The translations under genes and the position numbers were made by a program. Below are positions 1-11,715 of a stretch of DNA of 64,000 nucleotides, piece by piece. The notes under the pieces were generated by a model that saw only the letters and a list, made by a program, of their open reading frames with translations, was not told the origin of the DNA and did no database searches. This DNA is from a virus (lineage: Duplodnaviria > Heunggongvirae > Uroviricota > Caudoviricetes). The stretch covers positions 32,001-96,000 of the IMG/VR virus record IMGVR_UViG_2576861193_000004. One strand, given 5' to 3'. Position 1 is the first letter of the stretch. Each line of letters begins with the position of its first letter.

Positions 1-176
1 TTGAAAACAGCCACGAAGCCAGCCGGAATATCTGGCGGTGCAATATCGGTACTGTTTGCAGGCAGACCTGTATGAGGTGGAATATATGCGTCACCGTCAC
101 CAATAAATTCATTAGTTCCGGACAACAGATTATAAATTTTTATGGTCCGTGCTTGTTCACTCATTCTGAATGCCAT
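1..176 (-). CDS. tfa: tail fibre assembly protein, N-terminal part (gene runs off window start)
   Basis: Minus-strand ATG at 176 overlaps the stf stop (TAATG). Translation [58 protein letters not shown] matches the conserved N-terminus of lambda-type Tfa as recalled. Confidence 0.75.
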   Translation of the reverse strand, partial: MAFRMSEQARTIKIYNLLSGTNEFIGDGDAYIPPHTGLPANSTDIAPPDIPAGFVAVF

Positions 177-3100
177 TATGCAAGCCTCACAATATAGTTA
201 AATGCGATGTTTTTGACGGTGTTTTCCGCGTTACCAGCAGCGTTAACGGTGATGGTGTGTCCATGTGAGCCAATCGCAACCGAGTGCGTATGCGCACCAA
301 TACCTACAGTATGTGCATGTGCGCCAGAACTTGCTGCAGTACCAGACAGCGAGTGGGTATGAGCACCTGCTGACTGTGTCTGAATACGTTGATAATACGA
401 TCTACTGGAAGAAGTCCCCGGGCTTACTTGATACTGTGAATCCTGGACATAAGTGAACCCACCGCCATCATAAAATGCTAACGCAGAACCGCCGCCTCCT
501 GGCCAACGAATACCATTACCATGAGTATGAGCACCGGCAGCCCCCGTAGAGCCACTCAGACTGTGCGTATGCGCCCCGGTGTTATTCGTGGATTTAGTGC
601 CGTAATCAAACGACGATGTGGTTTTCGTCCCCAAATCCGTACTGGATGCGCTGGCGCTGTGGGTGTGCGATTTAATGCCGTCCTGTTCCTGAGACAATAC
701 GGCGCGACCACTGGCAGGTTTGCCCTTAATCGTCCAGCCACGCATATCAGGGATCACGCCTGACGGATAAGCGGCTGCAAGTTTCGGGTAAGCAGATTTG
801 TCAAAAGTCTGCCCCTGCATCAGGGCATAGCCAGACGGAACGGTATCTGATGGCCACGGGATTGGTGCACCGACTGGATAAAACTCTGCAGGAGGATGAG
901 CCGAGGTGTAAAGCTGCGCCCACGGCGACCAGTTTGCGTCGGTCGTATCCCGTCGTGAACGAATAAATGCCGGAGCATGAGCACCGCTTGTACCACTCCA
1001 GCCAATTAGCAACTCTCCCTCACCAGCAACTCTCGCACCTTTCATGTGCAATACGTTGCCATACGTGGTCGGGTAGCTATTGTTGTACGCCTCGTACATT
1101 TGAATGCCAGCAGTGCCTTGAGTAGAGCCGCTTAACGCCGTAACTTGGCCACGAGATACCAATGTATTAATGTTGATATCGCCTGAGCCATCAAACTTAA
1201 CACCATTGATGTTTCTCGCTGTTTGCAACTTCGTAGCTGTTGAAGCATTACCGTTCAAACTACCATTTACGCCACCAGTCACATTTAGTCCATTACCGAT
1301 CGTAACAGCACCATTGGCATTGTTAATGATAAGCGGCCTTAAACTATTCCATGATCCAAGATTGTCACCCGAGGCGGTCAACATGAAGTATGTGTTTGAA
1401 CCATCGTTTCGGATAAAGAATCCGTAGTTTCCGCAGACAATGCGCAGACCATTCGCCGATTTTGAAATGATCTCACCAGAAGATGTCAAACCTCCAGATA
1501 ATGTACCACCGGTAAGAGGTAATGCACCGACATCAGAGGCTGTTGGTTTGTTTTTCGTGTTATATACTCTTCGCCATCCTGGAGAATAATCTGTGCCATT
1601 AAATACATAGATAAACTCCGCATTAGTGAGAGCACCAGAGACACTCGTCGTTGTGGCCGTTGTTATACGGATCGTATAATTGTTTGAGCTACTACCGTTA
1701 TTAAATACCTCTATAACAGCTCCTGCCAATGGAATAACGCCACAACCAGTTTCACTATTTGGTATGGTTGCACTATTGGCATAGGCCCACGCACATCGAG
1801 CAATCCATGACCTTGTGGTAAACGCGCCGTTATTTTGCAATAACGTCACTAACTGTGCTGTTGTTATTGCTCCGCCATTACTTCCTGTAGTTAACCAACC
1901 AGTAGGAGATGCCGGGCAACCTATATCGGCAGGCCCCAACGATATATTTCTTGTGCCATCAAACGCAATACCGTTGATGGTTCTTGCGGTTTGCAACTTC
2001 GTAGCAGTAGCCGCGTTGCCCGTTGTATTCTGATTACCAGTCGTATTAACACCTGGCAAATTAATATTCGCAGTACCATCAAAGCTCACGCCGCCGATAG
2101 TTCTTGCCGTCTGAAGTTTTGTAGCAGTTGCAGCATTACCAGTGGTGTTCTGATTACCCGTAGTATTTACACCTGGAAGGTTGATATTTGCAGAACCGTC
2201 GAAACCAACTCCACCGATAGATCTTGCCGTCTGCAATTTCGTTGCTGTACTTGCATTACCATTTAATGTTCCGGTGATCCCACCAGTAACAGACAACGGA
2301 CCTGAAACTGTTCCTCCGGTTGTTGGCAGTGCACCAATATCTAACGGCGTCGGTTTCTTATGTGTGCTATACATCGTATAAACAACACCATCGGTAACGC
2401 TGGAAGGCTTACTCGCTGAATATGTTGGCGATGTATAAATAGAAACTGTCGCATTTGCAGTACAATCCCAATGGATATTTACACTAGTCGCATAATTGCC
2501 AATCTCAACGTAAATATCATATGTATCGCCGGATGTGTTGATCCAGGCGAAATTCGTTAATCCGACGGCTGTACGCTTCCACAAAGCCCCGGTAATTCCT
2601 TTGGGCATTCCATTGCCTGCTCGTAGAACCAGTTCTGAAATGCCTGCCTGTTGAGGTGACCCCACGTTAAATCCCGCGCCACCAATCAATGCGATGTAAA
2701 CGATGGAACTATTTTGTGGCATGGTAACCGTAGCCAGTTTGAACCACCCAGCCCCGCCAGAGAAAGACATCGTTATTGAATTTAAAGTACCAATATCTTT
2801 CGGCGTTAATGTGATATCCGCAGTCAGTGCTTTCCCGTTAATTTTTCGGTTAGATGGCACCCTGCTGTTCGCATTGTCATTGACTACTTTAACTGCTTTT
2901 GGCGTTGCGGCCAGCGATTCACTGGTGCTGTCGACAGCACTGCTAAGTTTCACAACACCTTTAGTTGTAAGGCTTGCGTCTTCCATCGCAACTGCACCGG
3001 CAATCTCTTCAGCACGATCAGCAGCAGCTTCCGCACGGGTCGCAGCGGATTCAGCAGCAGTTTTGCTCTGAGATGCTGCCGTCGCACTGCCAGCTGCCTC

Positions 3101-4348
3101 TGTCGCCTTCGTGGATGCCGTCGTGGCGCTGCTCTTCGCTGCTGACGCCTGTCTGGTCGCCTCATCTTTTGAAGCAGACGCCGATGATGCCGATGACGCC
3201 GCCGAACTGGCGGACGATGCGGCTGCCGTTTTTGAGGATTCTGCACGGGTTTCCGACGCTTTCGCGTTCGTTTCGGATGTCTTCGCTGCGGAAGCAGACC
3301 TCGCTGCTGCGCTGGCCTGTTCAGTGGCTTGGCCAGCCTTCGTTGTGGCAGTTGAAGCAGACGATGCGGCACTTTCTGCCGATTTTCCGGCGGCGGTGGC
3401 ACTGGCTGAGGCCTGCCCGGCACTTGTTGACGCGGCACTGGCAGACGACGCAGCCGCTGTTTTTGAGCCTGCCGCAGCCGAGGCGCTCTGTCCCGCTGCC
3501 GTTTCAGAAGACCTGGCGTTCGTCTCGGACGTTTTTGCCGCCTTCGCGGAATTTCCTGCCGCCGTTGCCGAGGAAGCGGCATTACTGGCGCTCGAGGCTG
3601 CGCTCGTTTCTGATGATTTCGCTGCCTCTTTTGAGGCCGCCGCATCCCGGGCTGAGGTGGCAGCTTCTGACGCCTTCGTGGTCGCGGTGGATGCAGAAGT
3701 GGCTGCAGATTTTTGTGACGCTGCAGCATTCGTTTCAGATTTTTTCGCATCAGTTGCACTCGCACTTGCGGCACTTTGTGAGGATGCCGCAGCGGATGCA
3801 CTTTGAGACGCTTGAGAGGCTTTTTCTCCAGCGGCATTGGCGCTTTTTGCTGCTGCGGCAGCACTGGCCGCCGCCTCACGAGCTTTGTCGCCAGCAGCAT
3901 CAATCGCGTCAGTGTTATTTTTATACCACTCAACGTTTTCGTTGTGCTCGTTGACGATCTGCATTAGCGGCTTAACGGTCACTTCTGTACCGTCTTCACG
4001 CTCGATTGTCACCTCATCCAGCGCAGTCAACCAACTGCGTATGGACTTGGAATCAGCCGACATACGCGACATTAGCGCAGTAAAGCGCGCGCTAAACTGT
4101 GTTAAGTCGCCTTCATAGGTCGTAATGATTCGGCACGGAACTTCAGACTGAGTTTCGCCGGTATAAGGTTCTGAGAGAACAATGTTCGTATCACTGGTTA
4201 CGCGCTTGATCTCATACAGCTTATTGTCGGGGCCAATGACGATCATCCCCGGCAACACACCATTAGCTGTTACGTTCCAGGCTGTCCCTGCCCCAACCAG
4301 AGTATTGCTGCCCTGTGTAAATGTGATAGTACCTTCCCTGTACCACAT
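176..4348 (-). CDS. stf: side tail fibre protein (Stf-like), 1390 aa
   Basis: Position between J-like gene and tfa. Long Ala/Ser/Thr-rich shaft, three tandem ~36-aa fibre repeats ([13 protein letters not shown]...[19 protein letters not shown]), His-rich C-terminus (GAHTHS repeats) as in lambda Stf / T4 gp37-type fibres. Confidence 0.8.
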   Translation of the reverse strand: MWYREGTITFTQGSNTLVGAGTAWNVTANGVLPGMIVIGPDNKLYEIKRVTSDTNIVLSEPYTGETQSEVPCRIITTYEGDLTQFSARFTALMSRMSADSKSIRSWLTALDEVTIEREDGTEVTVKPLMQIVNEHNENVEWYKNNTDAIDAAGDKAREAAASAAAAAKSANAAGEKASQASQSASAAASSQSAASASATDAKKSETNAAASQKSAATSASTATTKASEAATSARDAAASKEAAKSSETSAASSASNAASSATAAGNSAKAAKTSETNARSSETAAGQSASAAAGSKTAAASSASAASTSAGQASASATAAGKSAESAASSASTATTKAGQATEQASAAARSASAAKTSETNAKASETRAESSKTAAASSASSAASSASSASASKDEATRQASAAKSSATTASTKATEAAGSATAASQSKTAAESAATRAEAAADRAEEIAGAVAMEDASLTTKGVVKLSSAVDSTSESLAATPKAVKVVNDNANSRVPSNRKINGKALTADITLTPKDIGTLNSITMSFSGGAGWFKLATVTMPQNSSIVYIALIGGAGFNVGSPQQAGISELVLRAGNGMPKGITGALWKRTAVGLTNFAWINTSGDTYDIYVEIGNYATSVNIHWDCTANATVSIYTSPTYSASKPSSVTDGVVYTMYSTHKKPTPLDIGALPTTGGTVSGPLSVTGGITGTLNGNASTATKLQTARSIGGVGFDGSANINLPGVNTTGNQNTTGNAATATKLQTARTIGGVSFDGTANINLPGVNTTGNQNTTGNAATATKLQTARTINGIAFDGTRNISLGPADIGCPASPTGWLTTGSNGGAITTAQLVTLLQNNGAFTTRSWIARCAWAYANSATIPNSETGCGVIPLAGAVIEVFNNGSSSNNYTIRITTATTTSVSGALTNAEFIYVFNGTDYSPGWRRVYNTKNKPTASDVGALPLTGGTLSGGLTSSGEIISKSANGLRIVCGNYGFFIRNDGSNTYFMLTASGDNLGSWNSLRPLIINNANGAVTIGNGLNVTGGVNGSLNGNASTATKLQTARNINGVKFDGSGDININTLVSRGQVTALSGSTQGTAGIQMYEAYNNSYPTTYGNVLHMKGARVAGEGELLIGWSGTSGAHAPAFIRSRRDTTDANWSPWAQLYTSAHPPAEFYPVGAPIPWPSDTVPSGYALMQGQTFDKSAYPKLAAAYPSGVIPDMRGWTIKGKPASGRAVLSQEQDGIKSHTHSASASSTDLGTKTTSSFDYGTKSTNNTGAHTHSLSGSTGAAGAHTHGNGIRWPGGGGSALAFYDGGGFTYVQDSQYQVSPGTSSSRSYYQRIQTQSAGAHTHSLSGTAASSGAHAHTVGIGAHTHSVAIGSHGHTITVNAAGNAENTVKNIAFNYIVRLA

Positions 4349-4440
4349 GTTGAATATGCTCCTTGATTTGGCGGGCTATCCTTGCCCGCCATTAAGTATA
4401 TACTTACCTATTTTTACCGATATAAAATTTTTTTCCACCA

Positions 4441-7400
4441 TCACAGACGGCCAATTCTTACTCGTAAGACGTTGTTATCGTCATAAACGTCAATCCGCTG
4501 ACCATTTATAACCAATCGCCCATTGCCGCCGCTATTACCGTTGATCTCCAGCGTTCCATTTTTGCCGAACCGCCATCCAGATCTACCGCTAACAAAATTG
4601 GTAGATTGCAGATCGCCTACTTTTGCATTGGTGATTGTGCCATCCTTGATATACGCTCCATTCATATAGGCGATACTGTTTTCGATAACAAATGGCGTTG
4701 TGATCTTCCCGTTAACAGAGTTGACCAAACCAAACCTGTCCGCCTGAACCAAAAACTGAGATAGCCCAGTGGTGTCAATACCAAGCGCAATACCGGCAAC
4801 ATACTTCTGCCCTCCGCTCGTTGAAGTCTCCATTTTCAACGTCCACGCGGTTGATACTTTTTTGTTGGTATCAGCAATAGCTGTTGCCTGCTGTTGAATT
4901 GTCGCGGTATTTCCATCCACCTCTGCTTTCAGAGTATCGATTCGCCCACTCAGAGCATTATCTGCCTGCGTTCTCGCTGTCGTTTCAGTTGTTACCGCCG
5001 CGGAAATGTTGGCTGCCGTTTGAGACTCTAAGTTTGTGATTTGAGTCGCCAATGCAGCATCTTGCTCTGTACGCGTTTTCGTTTCGGTTGCTACAGCCGC
5101 TTTAATATCCTCTTTGTATTGAGAGGTCAGCTTGGTGATCTGAGACGACAACGCCGAGTCAGCATCAGTTCGAGCCTGCGTTTCAACTGCAACGGCCGCA
5201 CTAATATCTTTCGCTGTCTGTGCTTTTAAACTTGAAACCTCTTTTGTTAAAGCGGTATCACCATCTGCACGAGCCGTTGTTTCTCTGGCAAGAGACGCCT
5301 CGAGATCATTAGCTTTTGCTGTAAGAGACGTAATCTGGGTAGACAATGCACTATCGGCATCAGTCCTTGCTTTTGTCTCTACAGCAACCGCTGCGGCAAT
5401 ATCAGTTCCGGTTTGTGCTCGCAGGCTGTTAATTTCTCGTGAGAGCGCCTGGTCAGCACTTGCCCTGGCCTCCTGCTCCTGAGTGATGGCAGCGGATATA
5501 TCACCGTCAACCTTTGACTGAAGCTGGTTTATTTGTTTGGCTAACGCAGAGTCCCCGCTTGCTCGAGCCTCCTGCTCACTACGTATTGCAGCAGAAATAT
5601 CATCATCAACCTTTGCCTGAAGTTGGGTGATCTGGCTTGCCAGAGCCGAATCTTCCGTTGCTCGGGCTTCTTGCTCTTCCTTAATAGCTGCGACGATATC
5701 GTTGCTTACTTTCGACTCAAGCTGAGTGATCTGTGTCGTCAGAGCTTCATCGGCAGATGTACGAGCCTCCTGCTCTGTACTAATCGCCGCGCTGATATCT
5801 CCTTCAAACTTAGATTGCAGCTGAGTGACACGCTTTGCCAACGCTTCATCGCCATCGGCACGAGCGGTGGACTCTTCCAGAATACTGGCCTTAATGTCTT
5901 CGCCAATTTCTACGCGAATTTCCTCAACCTTCGTGGCCATTGCAGACATATCATCAGCAAAGGTTTTCTGTGTTGTTGCGATCTTCGCGTTATTGACCAT
6001 CTGCTTGTGCTGGTCTTCATCTTGACGAAGAGCCAGGTCAATATTTGTTTTGGCTAACGCCTCAATGTTCGTAGTCAGTTCTGCACTGGCACGATCGACC
6101 TCTGCAACCGTCTTTTTCATTTCTTCAACGGCAGCGGAGCTTTCCTCTACCGTTGACTGCAACACTTCCAGTTGTTTAGCGTTTGCAGCATCGCCTTCAA
6201 CACGAGCCTCGCTTTCCTTAGCAATAAGAGCCGCCGCTTCATCTCTTGCAGCCTTTATTGCCTCGACTGTATTAGCGAGAGCTTTATCGTGTTCAGATAC
6301 GGTGTTTTCGATTTCAACAATTGCAGCATCAGTAGCATCAATTTTTTCAAACGCTTCATTGACCTTGTCGATCGTTGCCGAAACCTCACCTTTAAGCTCG
6401 GTTTGTGCGTTCTCCAAAGCATCGCTACGCTCGTTGAATTTTATTTCAAAATCCGCGAGGTTATCGCTGAACTGCTTATCTAATTCAGCTATATCTTCCT
6501 TAACGTCGTTTACCGACCCCTCCAAAGATTCGACGCTCTGGTTGATATGCTCATTTAACTCGTCAACTGCTTCTTGAGAGGCTTTGCTGTTGATGTCCTC
6601 AAGCAGAGCCTGACCAAGCTCGGAAGATGTAATTTTGCCAGTCAGGAACGACAGTACATCGCGAGTTGTCGCCTCTGTACCCAAGTTTGAGTTCGGAGGA
6701 CTTAACATACCTCGCTTGTTCGATGCTCGAACCCAGTAATACCACGTTTCGCTATCCCCAAGACCAGCATGTGTAAAGGTGGTGCTTGCAGACTCTGCGA
6801 TCAGTTTCGCCGTATCCAGATTGTTGGTCTGGGATGCGTAAACATTAATGTGATCAAGGTCTACCGAATCTGGATTAACCCAATTCAGTATCACATTACG
6901 ATAGTCTCCAACGGCCGTTAATGACGTTGGGGAATCCGGCGGTGTCATTGTGCCCAACACCTGATAAACGGTACTGATAATCTCTGTTTTTTTACCGTTG
7001 AATGAAACCGCATACAGCTGGAAGTCGTAGCGTCCATTCTCCGCGACATTAACGATTTCGTATTGCTCTTCGGTTACACGCGCCGATTGCCAGTTCGATA
7101 CATTGTTTTCATCAGAACGTCGCCAACTGATCCAATACTCTGGAGATTTCCCTTCCCATGTTGCAGTCAGTTTTACTGACAGGTTGCCAGGGCTTGAGAG
7201 ATAAGTCCCTTCGGTGATTTGCAAATTAGACGGCTTGGAGTAAGTCGGGTCCAATACCGTCGTATTCTGCGGGATAAGCGTTGCACCATTGTCGATTGCC
7301 TCATATTTAGACGGATTGTTCTCAACAGCGGTGATGTCAAAGCTACCCGGCGTTTCCCCCTGCGCGATGTTAACGATGCGAACGCGCATAGGTTCGAGAT

Positions 7401-9174
7401 CTGGTTCTGTAATAGTCCAGACGCCGTTCAAAACAGGCGTTTCAGCCGAAGACAGGGATTTTGAAAACGTAACTTTTGTTATATTTTCGCCAGTTTCAAG
7501 AACATCGCGTTCAACGATTTTGCCTTCATGATTCAGTATTCGAATAAAGCAGCCGCCTTTGGCTAACGACACCGGCGCATCGAGTGTGACGCTGTTTTTG
7601 GTAAACGCCACAATTCGACCTGAGTTACGTTTGCCTGCGCGATATTTGTTCTGAATCAGAACGGTTTCACCAGGCATCAGAAATGACGCGTCTAAGCCGG
7701 CAGTAAATGTAATTACATCCGACTCCATTCTGGCGGTATATAAAAGCCACAAACCAACTCGGTGAGCCTGCCCTCGGCTTGTACAGCCAAATGCTACGAC
7801 TTCTGTCTTACGCTCACCATAACGGCGCATTGCGTCCTGATCTTCAACGTACTCGATGTTTTGCTTATAACCGTCCTCCTTGTTGTTGTAGGTTACGAGC
7901 GCAACGGATGGGCGATCTTTACGCGCAGAACCTTTATAGGTAAACAATCCATCTTTGACGTTAGAGTTGGTAAACATCATTACCGGATCTGATGGGCTAT
8001 CCTGCATGATGTTAACCATGCCACCAGCCCAAAACACCATACCGCGGAATGCACCGGCAATATCCTGAATTAGTCGGTATGCGTCCTGTCGACTGGTGAT
8101 CTGCGTATTGATTGCAAAGCGTTTCTCTTTGCCACCAAAGCCATCATCGACCTCTTCGTCACAATATCGACCAATCTGGTACAACTGGCCAAGGTCAATC
8201 ATAGATTCCGACACATACTGACCAAGGCCATATCGAGCATTGGTCAGCAAATCAAAGAGAATCCACGCGGGGTTCGAAGAAGACAACAGCTTAAAAGTGC
8301 CATCCCATACCCCAGCGTAAGTGTTACTGGACTCGTTATAGTTTGAAGGTACTCGAATTTTTAGGCCACGCACCAGATAAGAGCGAGATGGCATGGTGCT
8401 GCCGAATTGCTCAGAGTTTACCTTCAATCCAACTAAAACAGAGTTTGGATAGTTCATCGGTGTATCGACAATTTCCCCGATTGAATCCACCCATGTATCG
8501 TTATAGAGATACTGGCTACTGTTATCATCGGTAATACGGACTACACGAACCTTGTATGCGCGTCCAGGCTTAGGCAGCTTCAGCTCGTAGCTACGGTAAT
8601 AAACGCCGGTCTTCTTTGCTGTTAGCTTAATGCCAACGCTTTTTTCACCTTCCGCGACCACATCTACAAATGTTGAGTCGCCATTTGCTATCTGGAACTT
8701 GTACTCAACAGTCGTACCGTTCGTGTCACCAGTTTTTTTATCTATGCTTCGCAAAGAAGGAAACTTCATGATGACACGAACCCGATCAGCTTCATCGTTA
8801 TCGATTGAAACCGTTACATAATGTGTTTTTTTTAACTGGATATTGACGGATTTAGGCGTTTCAACGAAATCAAAGCCAGACATTGGAGTCTGGTCTTGTG
8901 AACCGTCGCGAAAATCCCATGTGATTCCGCTGAAGTTGGAGGAACCGTCTTCATTTACAATCGGCAGATCGTCGATAAAAATAGATCTTGCGCCATTTAC
9001 TAAGCCGCCAATTACCCCTTCCCCAAGAAGATCGAGGATAGCGGCCATTGCACGAGAATTTACGGTATCGTCGGCTTCAACCGGTGTACGGCTGGAGCTT
9101 TTGCTGCTTTTTTTACCACCCGCACCGGCAATAAACAGCGGTAGCTTTTTCTTCTTGAACTGTTCCATGTTCAA
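4441..9174 (-). CDS. host specificity / central tail fibre protein, lambda J-like, 1577 aa
   Basis: N-terminal and central regions align by eye with lambda J (e.g. YPNSVLVGLKVNSEQFGS...VPSNYN; AFGCTSRGQAHRVGLWL; KYVAGIALGIDTTGLSQFLV). Contains a long inserted alanine-rich tandem-repeat coiled coil. Confidence 0.85.
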   Translation of the reverse strand: MNMEQFKKKKLPLFIAGAGGKKSSKSSSRTPVEADDTVNSRAMAAILDLLGEGVIGGLVNGARSIFIDDLPIVNEDGSSNFSGITWDFRDGSQDQTPMSGFDFVETPKSVNIQLKKTHYVTVSIDNDEADRVRVIMKFPSLRSIDKKTGDTNGTTVEYKFQIANGDSTFVDVVAEGEKSVGIKLTAKKTGVYYRSYELKLPKPGRAYKVRVVRITDDNSSQYLYNDTWVDSIGEIVDTPMNYPNSVLVGLKVNSEQFGSTMPSRSYLVRGLKIRVPSNYNESSNTYAGVWDGTFKLLSSSNPAWILFDLLTNARYGLGQYVSESMIDLGQLYQIGRYCDEEVDDGFGGKEKRFAINTQITSRQDAYRLIQDIAGAFRGMVFWAGGMVNIMQDSPSDPVMMFTNSNVKDGLFTYKGSARKDRPSVALVTYNNKEDGYKQNIEYVEDQDAMRRYGERKTEVVAFGCTSRGQAHRVGLWLLYTARMESDVITFTAGLDASFLMPGETVLIQNKYRAGKRNSGRIVAFTKNSVTLDAPVSLAKGGCFIRILNHEGKIVERDVLETGENITKVTFSKSLSSAETPVLNGVWTITEPDLEPMRVRIVNIAQGETPGSFDITAVENNPSKYEAIDNGATLIPQNTTVLDPTYSKPSNLQITEGTYLSSPGNLSVKLTATWEGKSPEYWISWRRSDENNVSNWQSARVTEEQYEIVNVAENGRYDFQLYAVSFNGKKTEIISTVYQVLGTMTPPDSPTSLTAVGDYRNVILNWVNPDSVDLDHINVYASQTNNLDTAKLIAESASTTFTHAGLGDSETWYYWVRASNKRGMLSPPNSNLGTEATTRDVLSFLTGKITSSELGQALLEDINSKASQEAVDELNEHINQSVESLEGSVNDVKEDIAELDKQFSDNLADFEIKFNERSDALENAQTELKGEVSATIDKVNEAFEKIDATDAAIVEIENTVSEHDKALANTVEAIKAARDEAAALIAKESEARVEGDAANAKQLEVLQSTVEESSAAVEEMKKTVAEVDRASAELTTNIEALAKTNIDLALRQDEDQHKQMVNNAKIATTQKTFADDMSAMATKVEEIRVEIGEDIKASILEESTARADGDEALAKRVTQLQSKFEGDISAAISTEQEARTSADEALTTQITQLESKVSNDIVAAIKEEQEARATEDSALASQITQLQAKVDDDISAAIRSEQEARASGDSALAKQINQLQSKVDGDISAAITQEQEARASADQALSREINSLRAQTGTDIAAAVAVETKARTDADSALSTQITSLTAKANDLEASLARETTARADGDTALTKEVSSLKAQTAKDISAAVAVETQARTDADSALSSQITKLTSQYKEDIKAAVATETKTRTEQDAALATQITNLESQTAANISAAVTTETTARTQADNALSGRIDTLKAEVDGNTATIQQQATAIADTNKKVSTAWTLKMETSTSGGQKYVAGIALGIDTTGLSQFLVQADRFGLVNSVNGKITTPFVIENSIAYMNGAYIKDGTITNAKVGDLQSTNFVSGRSGWRFGKNGTLEINGNSGGNGRLVINGQRIDVYDDNNVLRVRIGRL

Positions 9175-9185
9175 AAAATCCTTGT

Positions 9186-9779
9186 TTACATTAGCTGGTC
9201 AATCGTGATTGAAGAACTCACAACCTGTGAGCCAACCAGAATTTCCTCGCCATAGATAAGTTGTACTGGGTTGCCCTGGTTTTCTGTATTTTGAGGGCCG
9301 TCGAAATAATAAGAGTTCGAGTTATCTGCCTGTCTCACACTTTCGTTAGTGGCTTGCGGCGATATGATTTGTGATATGCCGCCCATCATCAGTGACAAAC
9401 CGAGAGGTGCTAAAGCAGGCATCACTACCGCCGATACAACCAACAAAGCGGCCCCTACTACCGTCTGAAACCACCCAAAAGCAGATCCACCGCTTCCTCG
9501 CGGAACAGGTGTAATGCGGATTTTGGCAATGTTGTCAGACTGCCCCATCATCTGATATTCACTTTCGTCAACAGACCACTTGTGGCCCTGTTTATTGGTG
9601 ATCTGGATGTGGTAACGGTCATAGGTTTTGATATTGCGCTTCATCCATGCTTTAAACCCAGGCTTGTTGGCCTCAATTAAATCCAGAGCCTGTTTTGTAT
9701 TGCGCACCTTTAGATGCCAGTGGCGGCCAAAATGTTTGGCCATAGGGCCGCCAAGCTGCACATGAACTAACTCAGACAC
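9186..9779 (-). CDS. tail assembly protein, lambda I-like
   Basis: Position between K-like and J-like genes, size about 200 aa, hydrophobic C-terminal segment. Confidence 0.55.
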   Translation of the reverse strand: MSELVHVQLGGPMAKHFGRHWHLKVRNTKQALDLIEANKPGFKAWMKRNIKTYDRYHIQITNKQGHKWSVDESEYQMMGQSDNIAKIRITPVPRGSGGSAFGWFQTVVGAALLVVSAVVMPALAPLGLSLMMGGISQIISPQATNESVRQADNSNSYYFDGPQNTENQGNPVQLIYGEEILVGSQVVSSSITIDQLM

Positions 9780-10591
9780 GTCTCATCTCCCTTGAGCAAG
9801 TCTCTGTGACGCAAGTGATGCGTCGTATGTTTCTGATACATTCCGCCGTAATAAGCACGACAACTAAGACGGTCGATCTGGTGATGAAGAATCATTCCAT
9901 CGCCGATATAAACCGCGCAGTGATCTGGCATTTTCCCGTATTGAATAAAGAAGACGTCCCCACGTTGAGGCTCTGTTCCAGGCGCAAGCCGTACCAATCC
10001 TTCGTTTCGGTAGTTCTGGTCGAGAATGTCGTTATCGCCGGTGTACCACGATGGAATATGCAGGTGTGCGTTCGGGTTTAGTTCGACGTTAAACTCACGC
10101 TTCAAATAGTCCCGACACAACATCCAGCAATCAAATACGCCAAATACATACGGTCTGCCCAGGTATGGCATTTCGAAACCATCAGGTGTGATCACATTCA
10201 TCTCGCTAAAATGGAAAGGGGCATCTCCCTCAACATTCTTGCGAATAGCCAGAATCATCCACGGAACTTCCGTCGTTTCGCAGCCTGCACGATCGGCATA
10301 AGATGCTTCTGCTGATTCATCAGTATGTGAATGCCAGATTGCGATAACATCACCCGCATCCTCTGCCGCCATAATGTCGTCAACGTGCATTACAAAAGTG
10401 TTCTGCGGGTTCTCCGAAACATTCCGCGCTTCCATAAAGCGATATTTGTCGCCATTAGTTCTAACCAGAAAGCCACACGCTTCATTAGGGTAGCGATTTA
10501 TGGCGCAGAGATAGATTTGCTGCATAACGTCAGAGCCAAGCTCAGGGATTGCTTTATTACCCATACCGCGTAGCTCCAATAAATCCGCCAA
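9767..10591 (-). CDS. tail assembly protein, lambda K-like (JAMM/MPN plus NlpC/P60 domains)
   Basis: JAMM metalloprotease motif HSHTDESAEASYAD (HxH-x7-S-x2-D), C-terminal Cys/His region, position after L-like gene. Confidence 0.8.
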   Translation of the reverse strand: MADLLELRGMGNKAIPELGSDVMQQIYLCAINRYPNEACGFLVRTNGDKYRFMEARNVSENPQNTFVMHVDDIMAAEDAGDVIAIWHSHTDESAEASYADRAGCETTEVPWMILAIRKNVEGDAPFHFSEMNVITPDGFEMPYLGRPYVFGVFDCWMLCRDYLKREFNVELNPNAHLHIPSWYTGDNDILDQNYRNEGLVRLAPGTEPQRGDVFFIQYGKMPDHCAVYIGDGMILHHQIDRLSCRAYYGGMYQKHTTHHLRHRDLLKGDETCLS

Positions 10592-11288
10592 AATGGATCA
10601 CACCGTCGGCAAAATAATTCCGACGCGCATTACAGGCGTCATAACGTTTTGTGCAGTAATCCGCACCAGACATAGACGTCTGCTGGTTATTTTTGTCGAA
10701 ATATGGACCGGTATAGCCGCATTCTGGCCCTCGGTATTTCCACGGGCAGGTGTTTTTAATGATCTGACGATACGGCAGTTGCACCCCCATCAAATCGAAC
10801 ACACTGGACAATTCAAACTCGACAACCTGATGAGTTTCGAGAGTTTTCTGTTCGATAAACCACATTTCATCCGGGAAATGTTGGTTTGGATCTGCTGTTG
10901 GGTTGCCGTCTTTAAAATTAACGGCATCGAGGAAGCGAGCCAGCGTCATCTTGCGAATAATGCGGCAGCCAACAAGATCGTCGTTCGCCTGAACTTCCGC
11001 AGAGACGGTTCCGGCAAAGTTCGATACCTGAATTTTTGGACGTGGCAACGTTCCCTGGCCAGTTTTGTCAAAGCCTGATGCTTTGATTGGCCACGGCTCG
11101 TATGTCACTCCTTGCCAGACGACCGGTTGCATCAGTTCGTTTGTTCCGGCGTGGAAGAATAGCTTCCCCCCTGAAGTTGTGTTCGACATATCCAATACGA
11201 ACAACTCAATGAGTGCAGAGGGAGATAAGCTCTGAATATCAGCTTTAATTCCCATTGTTTCATCCTTGAAATAAGTAGGCGCTAACAT
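10557..11288 (-). CDS. minor tail protein, lambda L-like
   Basis: Conserved L motifs (ARFLDAVNF, NTCPWKYRGPECGYTGP) and Cys-rich C-terminus. Real start probably the internal MGIKAD near 11255. Confidence 0.85.
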   Translation of the reverse strand: MLAPTYFKDETMGIKADIQSLSPSALIELFVLDMSNTTSGGKLFFHAGTNELMQPVVWQGVTYEPWPIKASGFDKTGQGTLPRPKIQVSNFAGTVSAEVQANDDLVGCRIIRKMTLARFLDAVNFKDGNPTADPNQHFPDEMWFIEQKTLETHQVVEFELSSVFDLMGVQLPYRQIIKNTCPWKYRGPECGYTGPYFDKNNQQTSMSGADYCTKRYDACNARRNYFADGVIHFGGFIGATRYG

Positions 11289-11337
11289 CCTGTCAGCGCC
11301 ACAATGATAGTAAATTAGTACTTACTTATCCAGATGC

Positions 11338-11673
11338 TTAAGCCTCAAATACTTGTCTGAATGTAGCAGTTAAGACACAGTACCCCTGATATCGCTTGAC
11401 CGTATGACTGTCACATACAACTACAATCTGCTTGCCTCTTGGATTAACCCAATAGAACGATTCAACACCTGATCGCTCAGTCAGGAAGTCATCGATTGCA
11501 TTAATTTCGTTGTATGATCTGGTAAAGGTTAACGACCATTCTTCTTTAATACGATTAAGACCTTGAGCCTGTCGCTGCTCGTAGTCATCACCAAAATTAA
11601 GTACCGTTACATTCGGTTTTACGCTCTTTTCAGATTCGTAATCTGGATACCAATTAAACGTTTGTCTTTCCAT
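11338..11673 (-). CDS. minor tail protein, lambda M-like
   Basis: 111 aa, directly downstream of tape measure gene, pattern resembling lambda M (FGDDYEQR...SFYW). Confidence 0.7.
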   Translation of the reverse strand: MERQTFNWYPDYESEKSVKPNVTVLNFGDDYEQRQAQGLNRIKEEWSLTFTRSYNEINAIDDFLTERSGVESFYWVNPRGKQIVVVCDSHTVKRYQGYCVLTATFRQVFEA

Positions 11674-11715
11674 CTCACATCCTTGTGAGACTGCCCCGGT
11701 CGGGGCAGTCGATAG

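Noticed and set aside
2950-3954. Long ORFs in other frames or on the opposite strand inside the stf gene (2950-3933 minus, 2974-3954 plus, 3111-3806 plus)
   Set aside because: They lie within the GC-rich Ala/Ser repeat region of stf, where repetitive codons keep all frames open. Their products are Arg/Pro/Gln- or Ala/Asp-rich low complexity with no start signals.
5623-6577. Plus-strand ORFs (144 aa, 175 aa, 103 aa) antisense to the J-like gene
   Set aside because: Located in the tandem coiled-coil repeat region; Ser/Cys/Leu-rich products typical of antisense reading of Ala-rich repeats.
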